Below are positions 28,637-37,720 of a stretch of DNA of 64,000 bases, piece by piece (position 1 is the stretch's first letter; each line of letters starts with the position of its first letter). Location: contig NZ_CASFQD010000059.1 of assembly GCF_949296715.1 (NCBI RefSeq), forward strand, positions 1,734 to 65,733. The letters are read 5' to 3'. A model generated the notes under the pieces. The model saw nothing but the letters and a program-made list of their open reading frames with translations. It had not been told where the DNA came from and searched no databases. The position numbers were made by a program, and so were the translations under genes. This stretch comes from an uncultured Alistipes sp. GTDB lineage: Bacteria > Bacteroidota > Bacteroidia > Bacteroidales > Rikenellaceae.

Positions 28637-30814
28637 TCAGAAGAGGCTTCCCTGTGTGGCGCCGCCGTCACGACCCTGCGTCTGCTCCGCGGCGGCGGAT
28701 GCGGTGTCCGGCGTGCCGTTGTCGTGTTCCTGCGTCTGCTCCGCGGCGGCGGATGCGGTGCCCGGTGTGTCGCCGTCCGGCGTGGGCAGCTCGTCGCGGA
28801 CGGGCTGCCGGCCGGCGGTGTCCTCGCCGATCATCTCCATGAACTCCTCCTCGGAGAGGATGCGGATGCCCAGCTTTTCGGCCTTCTTCAGCTTCGCGGG
28901 GCCCATGTTCTCGCCCGCCAGCAGGTAGTCGGCATTGCCCGAGACGGCGGCGAGGTTGCGCCCTCCGTGCAGTTCGATCAGCTCCTTCAGCTCGTCGCGG
29001 CTGTGGGCGGTGAACTTCCCGGAGATGACGATCGACTTGCCGGCGAGCGAGTCCGAGGCCCGCTGCCGTTCGGCCGATTCGAACTGCACGCCTGCGGCCC
29101 GCAGCCGTTCGATGATGCGCAGGTTGCGCTCGTCGGCGAAGTAGTCGAGGATCGCGTCGGCGATCTTCCCGCCGACCTCGTCGGCCTGGGTCAGCTCCTC
29201 GTGCGTGGCCTGCATCACGGCCTCCAGCGAACGGAAGTGCTCGGCCAGGTATTTGGCCGTCGTTTCGCCCACGAAGCGGATGCCCAGGGCGAAGAGCACG
29301 CGGTGGAACGGCACCTGGGTCGAGCGGCGGATCGACGCGATGATGTTCTCGGCCGACTTCTCGCCCAGGCGCGGCAGCGGCGCCAGCTGCTCGGCCCTGA
29401 GGTCGTAGAGGTCGGCGGCGTCGTGCAGCAGGCGGTTGTCGTAGAGCAGTTCGACGGTCTCCTCGCCCAGCGACTCGATGTCCATCGCCTTGCGGCGGAT
29501 GAAGTGCAGGATGCGCCCGAGAATCTGCGGGCGGCAGCCGCTCTGGTTCGGGCAGTAGTGCTTGGCCTCGCCCTCGTAGCGCACCAGCGGCGTGCCGCAC
29601 TCGGGGCAGCGGGTGATGTAGCGGAACGGCACGCTGTCGGCCGGACGCTCCGAGAGCTCCACGCCCGTGATCTTGGGGATGATTTCGCCGCCCTTTTCGA
29701 CGTAGACCATGTCGCCCGGGCGGATGTCCAGCAGGGCCATTTGCTCGGCGTTGTGGAGCGTGGCGCGCCGCACGGTGGTGCCGGCCAGCAGCACCGGCGC
29801 AAGGTTCGCCACGGGGGTGATCGCTCCGGTGCGCCCGACCTGGAAGGAGATGCTCTCGAGGCGCGTGAGCGCCTGCTCGGCCTTGAACTTGTAGGCTACG
29901 GCCCAGCGCGGCGCCTTGGCCGTGAAGCCGATGCGGCGGCGCACGGCGAAGTCGTTGACCTTGATGACCACGCCGTCGGTCGGGAAGGGCAGCTCGCGGC
30001 GCGCCGTGTCCCAGTAGGCGATGAAGTCGTCGATCTCGGCGCGCGTGTGGCAGATGCGCATCTTGCCGGAAACCTTGAATCCCCACGTGCGGGCCTTCGC
30101 GAGGCTCTCCCAGTGGGTCGTGAAGGGCAGGTCGTCGCCCGCCAGCTGGTAGAGCGTGCAGTCCAGCCCGCGGCGCGCCACGACCGCCGAGGCCTGCTGC
30201 TTGAGCGTGCCTGCCGCGGCGTTGCGCGGGTTGGCCAGCAGCGGCTCGCCCGCGGCCTCGCGCTCGGCGTTGAGGCGGTCGAACGAGGCGTAGGGCATGA
30301 GTATCTCGCCCCGGATTTCGAAGTAGTCGGGCCAGTCGTCGCCGTGCAGCACGAGCGGGACGCTGCGCACCGTGCGGACGTTGGCCGTCACGTCGTCGCC
30401 CGCCGTGCCGTCGCCGCGCGTCACGGCGCGCAGCAGCCGTCCGTGTTCGTAGGTGAGCGAGATGGCCGTGCCGTCGAACTTCAGCTCGCAGACGAACTCC
30501 GTGGGACCGGCTTCGCGCTCGATGCGGTCGATGAACTCGTGCAGCTCGTCGAGCGAGTAGGTGTTTCCGAGCGAGAGCATCGGGAAGCGGTGGCGCACCG
30601 TGCGGAACTCCGACGTGAGGTCGCTGCCCACGCGCTGCGTGGGCGAATTGGGGTCGGCGCATTCGGGGTGGGCCAGTTCGAGCTCCTGCAGTTCGCGCAT
30701 CATCGCGTCGAACTCGAAGTCGGAGATCTCGGGCGCGTTCTCGACGTAGTATTTGTGGTTGTGGTATTCGAGCTGGCGGCGCAGCTCCTCGATCCGTTGC
30801 TGGTACATGGTCAT
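28637..30814 (-). CDS. ligA: NAD-dependent DNA ligase with repeat-containing C-terminal extension
   Basis: ORF 28637..30934; start at 30814 (MTMYQQRIEEL) or 30808. Adenylation motif CELKFDG, Zn finger CPECGTPL...CPN, HhH and BRCT domains, then a ~65-aa tail beyond BRCT. Confidence 0.95.
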   Translation of the reverse strand: MTMYQQRIEELRRQLEYHNHKYYVENAPEISDFEFDAMMRELQELELAHPECADPNSPTQRVGSDLTSEFRTVRHRFPMLSLGNTYSLDELHEFIDRIEREAGPTEFVCELKFDGTAISLTYEHGRLLRAVTRGDGTAGDDVTANVRTVRSVPLVLHGDDWPDYFEIRGEILMPYASFDRLNAEREAAGEPLLANPRNAAAGTLKQQASAVVARRGLDCTLYQLAGDDLPFTTHWESLAKARTWGFKVSGKMRICHTRAEIDDFIAYWDTARRELPFPTDGVVIKVNDFAVRRRIGFTAKAPRWAVAYKFKAEQALTRLESISFQVGRTGAITPVANLAPVLLAGTTVRRATLHNAEQMALLDIRPGDMVYVEKGGEIIPKITGVELSERPADSVPFRYITRCPECGTPLVRYEGEAKHYCPNQSGCRPQILGRILHFIRRKAMDIESLGEETVELLYDNRLLHDAADLYDLRAEQLAPLPRLGEKSAENIIASIRRSTQVPFHRVLFALGIRFVGETTAKYLAEHFRSLEAVMQATHEELTQADEVGGKIADAILDYFADERNLRIIERLRAAGVQFESAERQRASDSLAGKSIVISGKFTAHSRDELKELIELHGGRNLAAVSGNADYLLAGENMGPAKLKKAEKLGIRILSEEEFMEMIGEDTAGRQPVRDELPTPDGDTPGTASAAAEQTQEHDNGTPDTASAAAEQTQGRDGGATQGSLF
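28676..28783. repeat. 54-bp x2 tandem duplication inside the ligA 3' end
   Basis: ctgcgtctgctccgcggcggcggatgcggtg... occurs at 28676 and again at 28730. It encodes a duplicated T(A/P)SAAAEQTQ peptide. Confidence 0.85.
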
Positions 30815-31043
30815 ATACAGTGGCTTGGCATCCCTCTTCCGGTACGCCGGGCTTCCGGAATTGCCCGTGCGGCGCATGCTGCGGAGCCGTGTCCCGGCCC
30901 GGAAAACGGGTGCATACGTTGTGTAAAGGTACATATTTTATGCGGAACGGCGGTGCAAAACAAAAAAAATGCAAAAAAAAATTGGAGATGTGGTGCGGTA
31001 TGCAAATTTTATTTATACTTGCAGAAAATTTCGAAGCACTACT

Positions 31044-31385
31044 ATGGCTAAACAGAATACGACGAAGAAACATATCGTAACGAGCTTCCATAATCTGACG
31101 CCTGACCTGCAGGAAGCGGTCCGGGCCCTGTATCCGTTGGGATTCACCGATGCGATGATGCGCATCGACAAACCCAACGGCGATTTTTTCTATGCCGTGC
31201 CGTTCGACACGGACGAGGTGGCCTACCTGGTGAAGATCGACGTGAAGATCGACGACAACGCCCAGGACGACGATACGCCCGATTACTACGACGACGAGAT
31301 CAAGGGGGCCGACGAGCTGCAGGGCGCCGATGACGACGCTTCGGGCGACGCGATGGAGCCCACCGACGACGACGTCGACATCTGA
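31044..31385 (+). CDS. small hypothetical protein with strongly acidic C-terminus
   Basis: ATG at 31044 within ORF 30969..31385. 113 aa, with a D/E-rich tail. The stop overlaps the next ATG (TGATG). Confidence 0.6.
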   Translation: MAKQNTTKKHIVTSFHNLTPDLQEAVRALYPLGFTDAMMRIDKPNGDFFYAVPFDTDEVAYLVKIDVKIDDNAQDDDTPDYYDDEIKGADELQGADDDASGDAMEPTDDDVDI

Positions 31386-32038
31386 TGCCGCCCATGCCCG
31401 GCCGACCCCGCATCTTCCGGTTCGGCGCGCTCCGCATGGCGCCGTGGCTGCTGTCGGCCGCGGTTCTTGCGGCCTGCGGCCTGGTCGACGACAGCCGCGA
31501 GGAGCAGAGCAGATACCAGTACATTGTCTTTTCCGACAAGGCTTTCGAGAGTTACTGCCTCGAGACGTGGGATTTGAACGGCGACGGCCGCATCTCGCGC
31601 TACGAGGCGCAGCGCGTGCGCCGCATCGACTGCCCGGACCGCGGCATCGCGTCGCTCTTCGAGATCGGGGAGTTCGGGAACCTCGAACGTCTCGACTGTT
31701 CGCGCAACGCCATCGCCACGCTCGACGTCTCGCCGCTCGCGCGGCTCGAGGAGCTCGACTGCTCGCAGAACCGCCTTACGTCGCTCGATTTGGGCAGCCT
31801 GCGCGGACTCGTGCGGCTCGACTGTGCCGGCAACCGGCTTGCGTCGCTCGATCCTGGGAGCTGCACTTCGCTGGCGGAGTTCGACGGCCGCGACAACCGC
31901 TATCCGACACTCGACGTGAGCGGCTGCTCGTCGTCGCTTGCGGCCGACCTGACCCAAAATCCGCAGCTTACGCTCGTCTACGCCCGCCCGGGGCAAAGCG
32001 TCCGCGCCGAGGGCGCGACCGAGGTGGTTTACCGCTGA
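31385..32038 (+). CDS. leucine-rich-repeat lipoprotein
   Basis: Lipobox VLAAC. About 6 LRR units such as LERLDCSRNAIATLDV, LEELDCSQNRLTSLDL and LVRLDCAGNRLASLD. An alternative start is 31436. Confidence 0.75.
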   Translation: MPPMPGRPRIFRFGALRMAPWLLSAAVLAACGLVDDSREEQSRYQYIVFSDKAFESYCLETWDLNGDGRISRYEAQRVRRIDCPDRGIASLFEIGEFGNLERLDCSRNAIATLDVSPLARLEELDCSQNRLTSLDLGSLRGLVRLDCAGNRLASLDPGSCTSLAEFDGRDNRYPTLDVSGCSSSLAADLTQNPQLTLVYARPGQSVRAEGATEVVYR

Positions 32039-32052
32039 TCCCTTCCGCCGCG

Positions 32053-32480
32053 AAGTTCCGGCCGGTCCGTTTCTGTCGGGCCGGTTTCGTTTTTTTTGCC
32101 GCCCGGGATGCCGCCGTTTCTGTCGGGCGGTTCCGTTTTTTGCCGCCCGGGATGCTGCCGTTTCTGTCGGGCGGTTCCGTTTTTGCCGCCCGGGTGCCGC
32201 CGTTTTCGTCGGCCCGGTCTTGTTTTTTGCCGCCCGGGATGCTGCCGTTTCTGTCGGGCCGGTTTCGTTTTTTTGCCGTCCGGGATGTCGCCGTTTCTGT
32301 CGGGCCTGCTCCGTTTTTTTGCCGCCCGGGATGCCGCCGTTTCTGTCGGGCCTGCTCCGTTTTTTTGCCGCCCGGGATGCCGCCGTTTCTGTCGGGCCGG
32401 CTCCGTTTTTTTTCGCCCGGGATGCCGCCGTTTCTGTCGGGCCGGCTTCGTTTTTTTGCCGCCCGGGATGCCGACGGCGC
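32053..32480. repeat. tandem array, about 10 copies of a 43-47 bp unit
   Basis: Unit starts at 32098, 32142, 32185, 32229, 32275, 32321, 32367, 32414 and 32458, plus a partial leading unit. The conserved core is GCCGCCCGGGATGCCGCCGTTTCTGTCGGGC, followed by a variable 8-10 nt segment and a T-run of 5-8. Confidence 0.95.
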
Positions 32481-32585
32481 ATTCCCGCCGTCCGGCGAAG
32501 GATGTTGCGTCGCCGGGAGTGTTCATTTTCGATTCTTTGTTGAAAAGTCCCCGGGGCGAATTTGGGGATTACGCCAAATTTTTTG

Positions 32586-32593
32586 TACCTTTG
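32586..32593 (+). promoter_or_regulatory. -7 promoter box TACCTTTG (purA)
   Basis: Matches TAnnTTTG, 43 nt upstream of the ATG at 32637. Confidence 0.6.
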
Positions 32594-32636
32594 GATGCAA
32601 AAAATGTCTTTTGCAGCATTAAACAAACCGGATACA

Positions 32637-33902
32637 ATGAAAAAAGTAGACGTGATCCTCGGCCTGCAGTGGGGTGACGAGGGCAAGGGAAAGGTCGTGG
32701 ATGTATTGACGCCCCGCTACGAGGTCGTCGCACGTTTTCAGGGCGGTCCCAATGCCGGTCACACGCTGGAGTTCAACGGCGAGAAATACGTGCTCCGCTC
32801 GATCCCCTCGGGAATTTTCCAGGGCGGCAAGACCAACATCATCGGCAACGGCGTCGTGCTGGATGCCATTCTCTTCCGCGCCGAGGCCGAAGAGCTGGCC
32901 CGCAGCGGCCACGACCTGACGCGGCAGCTCTGCATCTCGAAGAAGGCCCACCTGATCCTCCCGACGCACCGCATCCTCGATGCGGCCTACGAGGCGGCGA
33001 AGGGCAGCGCCAAGATCGGCACCACGGGCAAGGGCATCGGTCCGACCTACACGGACAAGGTGAGCCGCAACGGCATGCGCGTGGGCGACCTGCTCGATCC
33101 CGATTTCCGCAATATCTACGCGGCGGCGAAGGCCCGCCACGAGACGATTCTGCGCGGGCTCGGCTACGAATACGACATCACCGAGCTGGAGAAGCAGTGG
33201 TTCGAGGCCGTGGAGTACCTCAAGCGCTTCCGCATCGTCGACAGCGAATATTTCATCAACGAGGCGCTCCGCGACGACCGGAGCATCCTGGCCGAAGGGG
33301 CCCAGGGCACGCTGCTCGACGTCGACTTCGGGTCGTATCCCTTCGTCACGTCGTCGAACACCGTCTGCGCGGGTGTCTGCGTGGGCCTGGGCGTGGCGCC
33401 GAACCGCATCGGCGAGGTCTACGGCATCTTCAAGGCCTACTGTACGCGCGTGGGCAGCGGTCCGTTCCCCACGGAGCTCTTCGACGAGACGGGCGACCGC
33501 CTCTGCTCGCTCGGCCACGAGTTCGGCGCCGTCACGGGACGCCGCCGCCGCTGCGGCTGGCTCGACCTGGTGGCGCTGAAGTATTCGATCATGATCAACG
33601 GCGTCACGCAGCTCATCATGATGAAGTCCGACGTGATGAACGACTTTGACACGATCCGCGTGGCCACGGCCTACGAGATCGGCGGCGAGCGCACCACGCA
33701 CTTCCCCTATACGATCACCGGCGACCTGCGTCCGGTCTACACCGACTTCGAGGGGTGGCGCTGCGACCTGCGCCACTGCCGTACCTACGATGAGTTCCCC
33801 GCCGCGTTCAAGCGTTACGTGGAGTTCATTGAGCGCGAAACGGGTGTGCCGGTGAAGATCATCTCCGTCGGCCCGGACCGCGGCGAGACGATCGTGCGGT
33901 AG
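32637..33902 (+). CDS. purA: adenylosuccinate synthase
   Basis: ATG at 32637 gives MKKVDVILGLQWGDEGKGKVVD (the PurA P-loop). TTGKGIGP and GAVTGRRRRCGW motifs. Confidence 0.96.
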   Translation: MKKVDVILGLQWGDEGKGKVVDVLTPRYEVVARFQGGPNAGHTLEFNGEKYVLRSIPSGIFQGGKTNIIGNGVVLDAILFRAEAEELARSGHDLTRQLCISKKAHLILPTHRILDAAYEAAKGSAKIGTTGKGIGPTYTDKVSRNGMRVGDLLDPDFRNIYAAAKARHETILRGLGYEYDITELEKQWFEAVEYLKRFRIVDSEYFINEALRDDRSILAEGAQGTLLDVDFGSYPFVTSSNTVCAGVCVGLGVAPNRIGEVYGIFKAYCTRVGSGPFPTELFDETGDRLCSLGHEFGAVTGRRRRCGWLDLVALKYSIMINGVTQLIMMKSDVMNDFDTIRVATAYEIGGERTTHFPYTITGDLRPVYTDFEGWRCDLRHCRTYDEFPAAFKRYVEFIERETGVPVKIISVGPDRGETIVR

Positions 33903-33956
33903 GGCATGCGTCCGCCGCAAAACGAAGCATGTAATCTGTAACCTTATACAACAGTA

Positions 33957-34835
33957 ATGAAAGAAAACCTTAAAATTGTCGTATTGGCCAAGCAGGTGCC
34001 CGACACCCGCAACGTGGGCAAGGACGCGATGACGCCGGAAGGAACCGTCAACCGCGCGGCGCTGCCGGCCATCTTCAATCCCGAAGACCTCAATGCCCTT
34101 GAGATGGCGCTCGCGCTCAAGGACCGCGTCGCGGGCGCGACGGTGCACATCCTGACGATGGGCCCGCAGCGCGCCGCCGACATCATCCGCGACGCGATGT
34201 TCCGCGGCGCCGACGGCGGCTACCTGCTCTCGGGCCGCGAATTCGCCGGTTCGGATACGCTGGCAACCTCCTATGCGCTCTCGTGCGCACTGAAAAAGAT
34301 CGCTCCCGACGTGATCTTCGCGGGCCGTCAGGCCATCGACGGCGACACGGCGCAGGTAGGCCCGCAGGTGGCCGAGAAACTCGGGCTGCCGCAGGTGACC
34401 TATGCCGAGCAGATCGTCGAGATACGCCCCGCATCGCTTGTCATCCGTCGTCGCCTGGCCAACGGCGTCGAGACGGTCGAGTGCCCCGTTCCGGCCGTCA
34501 TCACGGTCAACGCCTCGGCTCCGGCCTGCCGTCCGCGCAACGCCAAGCGCGTGATGACCTACAAGTGCGCGCTGGCCAAGTCGGAGGTCGCCGCAGCGCC
34601 CGATTCGGAGGCTGCACGCCGCGTGGCCGCGAAACCCTATCTGCAGATCGTCGAGTGGGCTGCCGCGGAGGTCGATCCCGATCCCGCACAGCTGGGCCTG
34701 CAGGGCTCGCCCACGAAGGTCAAGAAGATCGAGAACGTCGTCTTCGCCGCCAAGGAGGCCAAGCGCCTGACGGCCGACGACGCGCAGATCGATTCCCTGA
34801 TGAAAGAACTCATTGCGAGCCACACGCTCGGTTAA
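33957..34835 (+). CDS. etfB: electron transfer flavoprotein subunit beta
   Basis: KIVVLAKQVPD at the N-terminus, and an EtfB-like GRQAIDGDTAQVGP motif. Confidence 0.9.
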   Translation: MKENLKIVVLAKQVPDTRNVGKDAMTPEGTVNRAALPAIFNPEDLNALEMALALKDRVAGATVHILTMGPQRAADIIRDAMFRGADGGYLLSGREFAGSDTLATSYALSCALKKIAPDVIFAGRQAIDGDTAQVGPQVAEKLGLPQVTYAEQIVEIRPASLVIRRRLANGVETVECPVPAVITVNASAPACRPRNAKRVMTYKCALAKSEVAAAPDSEAARRVAAKPYLQIVEWAAAEVDPDPAQLGLQGSPTKVKKIENVVFAAKEAKRLTADDAQIDSLMKELIASHTLG

Positions 34836-34853
34836 TAGCCTTTGAATCCCGTT

Positions 34854-35873
34854 ATGAACAACATATTCGTATATATCGAGCTCGAGGGCGGCAAGATCGC
34901 CGACGTAAGCCTCGAGCTGTTGACCAAGGGCCGCGAGCTGGCTGCGAAGCTGGGCGTGAAGCTCGAAGCCGTGGCGCTGGGTCACAACCTTTCCGGCATA
35001 GAAAAAGAGCTGGCCAAGTACGGTGCCGACACGGTGTGGGTGGCCGACGACGAAATCTTCGCGCCGTTCCGCACGCTGCCCCACACGGCCGTGCTGTGCG
35101 GCCTGATCGAGCAGGAGAAGCCGCAGATCGCCCTGTTCGGCGCCACGCCCGTGGGCCGCGACTTCGCACCGCGCGTCTCCTCGGCGCTGCACAGCGGTCT
35201 GACGGCCGACTGTACGCAGCTCGAGATCGGCGACCACAAGGACGCCAAGACCGGCAAGGAGTACACCGACCTGCTCTACCAGATCCGTCCCGCCTTCGGC
35301 GGCAACATCATCGCCACGATCGTCAACCCGGACCACCGTCCGCAGATGGCCACCGTGCGTGAGGGCGTCATGCGCAAGGAGTGCGCCGCGCAGCCCGCAG
35401 CGGGCGAGGTGAAGGCGATCGACTGGCGCAGGTTCGTCAAGGATACGGACCTCGTGGTGAAGATCGTCGACCGCGAGATCGCCGAGAGCAAGATCGACAT
35501 CAAGGGCGCGAGCGTCATCGTGGCCGGCGGCTACGGCATGGGCTCGAAGGAGAACTTCAAACTGGTGCACGAACTGGCCGACGTGCTGGGCGCCGAGGTG
35601 GGTGCGAGCCGTGCGGCCGTTGATGCGGGCTTCACGGAGCATGCGCGCCAGGTCGGACAAACCGGTGTCACGGTGCGCCCGAAACTCTACATCGCCTGCG
35701 GCATTTCGGGCCAGATTCAGCACACGGCCGGCATGGAGGAGTCCGCGATGATCATTTCGATCAACACCGACCCCGATGCGCCGATCAACAAGATCGCCGA
35801 CTACGCCATCACGGGTGACGTGAACGAGGTAATTCCCAAGATGATCAAGTACTACAAACAAAATTCGAAGTAA
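34854..35873 (+). CDS. etfA: electron transfer flavoprotein subunit alpha
   Basis: ORF 34842 opens with TTG; the ATG at 34854 gives MNNIFVYIE. C-terminal FAD-binding region IACGISGQIQHTAGM. Confidence 0.9.
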   Translation: MNNIFVYIELEGGKIADVSLELLTKGRELAAKLGVKLEAVALGHNLSGIEKELAKYGADTVWVADDEIFAPFRTLPHTAVLCGLIEQEKPQIALFGATPVGRDFAPRVSSALHSGLTADCTQLEIGDHKDAKTGKEYTDLLYQIRPAFGGNIIATIVNPDHRPQMATVREGVMRKECAAQPAAGEVKAIDWRRFVKDTDLVVKIVDREIAESKIDIKGASVIVAGGYGMGSKENFKLVHELADVLGAEVGASRAAVDAGFTEHARQVGQTGVTVRPKLYIACGISGQIQHTAGMEESAMIISINTDPDAPINKIADYAITGDVNEVIPKMIKYYKQNSK

Positions 35874-37603
35874 TGGCTAATTTCTTTTCAGATAACAAGG
35901 ATTTGCAGTTCCACCTCGGGCATCCCGCGATGCGCAAGATCGTGGAGCTGAAGGAGCGCGGCTTCGCCGAGAAGGACCTCTACGACCATGCGCCGCAGAA
36001 TTTCGAGGACGCGATGGACTCCTACCGCCGGGTGCTTGAGATCGCGGGCGAAGTCTGCGGCGACGTCATTGCCCCGAATGCCGAAGGCGTGGACCACGAG
36101 GGCCCGCGCGTGGTGAACGACCACGTGGAGTATGCCTCGGGTACGGTTCAGAACCTCAAGGCGATCGTCGATGCCGGATTGAGCGGCCTGACGCTCCCGC
36201 GCAAGTACGACGGCCTGAACTTCCCGCTCGTCTGCTTCGTCATGGCCAACGAGATGGTGGCCCGTGCCGATGCGGGCTTCGAGAACATCTGGGGCCTGCA
36301 GGACTGCGCCGAGACGCTCAACGAATTCGCCTCGGAGGAGCTCAAGCAGCTGTTCCTGCCCCGCGTGTCGGCGGGTGCGACGTGCGCCATGGACCTCACG
36401 GAGCCCGATGCCGGTTCGGACCTCGGTGCCGTGATGCTGAAGGCCACCTGGTCGGAGGAGCGGCAGACGTGGCTGCTCAACGGCGTCAAGCGCTTCATCA
36501 CCAACGGTGACGGCGACATCTCGCTCGTGCTGGCCCGCACGGAGGAGGGAACGACCGATGCGCGCGGCCTGTCGATGCTCGTGCACGACAAGCGCGACGG
36601 CGGCGTCAAGGTGCGCCGCATCGAGAACAAGCTCGGCATCAAGGGCTCGCCGACGTGCGAGCTGGTCTTCACGAACGCCCCGGCCCGGCTGGTCGGCGAC
36701 CGCAAGATGGGTCTTATCAAGTACGTGATGTCGCTGATGAACGCCGCCCGTCTGGGTATCGGCGCGCAGTCGGTGGGTCTGTGCGAGGCTGCCTACCGCG
36801 AGGCGCTGAAGTATGCCCACGAGCGCGAGCAGTTCGGCAAGCCGATCGTGCAGTTCGCCGCCGTGTCGGAGATGCTCTCGAACATGAAGGCCAAGCTGCA
36901 GGGCGCCCGCGCGCTGCTCTACGAGACCACGCGCTTCGTCGAGATTTACAAGCAGTACGGCCACATCGCCCAGGAGCGTTCGCTCGAGGGTGAGGAGCGC
37001 CAGGAGATGAAGTTCTACAACCGCCTGGCCGACGGCTTCACGCCCCTGGTGAAGCTCTTTGCATCGGAGTACGCCAACCAGCTGGCCTACGACGCCATCC
37101 AGATCCACGGCGGTTCGGGCTTCATGAAGGACTACCCCTGCGAGCGGCTCTACCGCGACGCCCGCATCATGAACATCTACGAGGGCACCTCGCAGCTGCA
37201 GGTCGTGGCGGCGATCAACGCCGTGACGAAGGGCACGTTCATGGAGCAGATCGGACGCTATGCCGAGGCGGAGTATGCCGAGCCGATGCAGCCCGTCGTG
37301 GCGAAGCTCCAGGAGCTGACCGCGAAGCTCGCGGAGATGATCGCGCATGTCGAGGCCGGCGAGAAGGAGAAGGCCGGGTTCAAGGATTTCCATGCCCGCC
37401 GTCTGGTCGAGACCTCGGGTCATATCATCATCACCTACCTGCTGGCGCGTCAGGCCGGCGAGTGCGCCGAGTACGAGGCGTCGGCCCGCATCTTCTGCAA
37501 GCTGGCCGAGGGCAAGATCGCCGAGGCGTACAACTACGTGATGAACTCCACGACCGAAGATGTCGACCTGTTCCGCCAGGTGATCCGCACGGAGGAGTGC
37601 TGA
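35873..37603 (+). CDS. acyl-CoA dehydrogenase family protein (long form, 576 aa)
   Basis: The start overlaps the etfA stop (TAATG). ACAD motifs MDLTEPDAGSD, GIKGSPTCEL and IYEGTSQLQ, with a C-terminal extension of about 150 aa. Confidence 0.9.
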   Translation: MANFFSDNKDLQFHLGHPAMRKIVELKERGFAEKDLYDHAPQNFEDAMDSYRRVLEIAGEVCGDVIAPNAEGVDHEGPRVVNDHVEYASGTVQNLKAIVDAGLSGLTLPRKYDGLNFPLVCFVMANEMVARADAGFENIWGLQDCAETLNEFASEELKQLFLPRVSAGATCAMDLTEPDAGSDLGAVMLKATWSEERQTWLLNGVKRFITNGDGDISLVLARTEEGTTDARGLSMLVHDKRDGGVKVRRIENKLGIKGSPTCELVFTNAPARLVGDRKMGLIKYVMSLMNAARLGIGAQSVGLCEAAYREALKYAHEREQFGKPIVQFAAVSEMLSNMKAKLQGARALLYETTRFVEIYKQYGHIAQERSLEGEERQEMKFYNRLADGFTPLVKLFASEYANQLAYDAIQIHGGSGFMKDYPCERLYRDARIMNIYEGTSQLQVVAAINAVTKGTFMEQIGRYAEAEYAEPMQPVVAKLQELTAKLAEMIAHVEAGEKEKAGFKDFHARRLVETSGHIIITYLLARQAGECAEYEASARIFCKLAEGKIAEAYNYVMNSTTEDVDLFRQVIRTEEC

Positions 37604-37619
37604 TCCCGCCGGATTTCCG

Positions 37620-37656
37620 AAAAAAGGGCCTGCTTCACATGAAGCGGGCCCTTTTT
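37620..37656. terminator. bidirectional intrinsic terminator (acd / glsA convergent)
   Basis: AAAAAA-GGGCCTGCTTC-acat-GAAGCGGGCCC-TTTTT. Confidence 0.88.
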
Positions 37657-37720
37657 CGTTGCGGGTGTCGGGACCGGACGGCGCTCCGGTGGGGGAGGCT
37701 GCCACTCCTCGTGGGGAAGG

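Noticed and set aside
28668-31091. 807-aa (-) and 775-aa (+) ORFs overlapping ligA
   Set aside because: Only the 28637..30814 frame carries the LigA adenylation, Zn-finger, HhH and BRCT motifs. The others are frame shadows.
32053-32480. CRISPR array
   Set aside because: The units are directly abutting, with no unique spacers between them, and no cas genes lie in the window.
31286-32686. ORFs 31286..32686 (-), 31330..32622 (+), 32096..32677 (+) and others crossing the 45-bp array
   Set aside because: Unit lengths of 43-47 bp are not multiples of 3, so the encoded repeats drift between frames. The translations are repetitive artefacts (PGCRRFCRAG ...), and there is no start context.
32619-35861. 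1080-aa minus-strand ORF
   Set aside because: It runs antisense to purA, etfB and etfA, which all carry canonical motifs. It is a shadow ORF of high-GC coding DNA.
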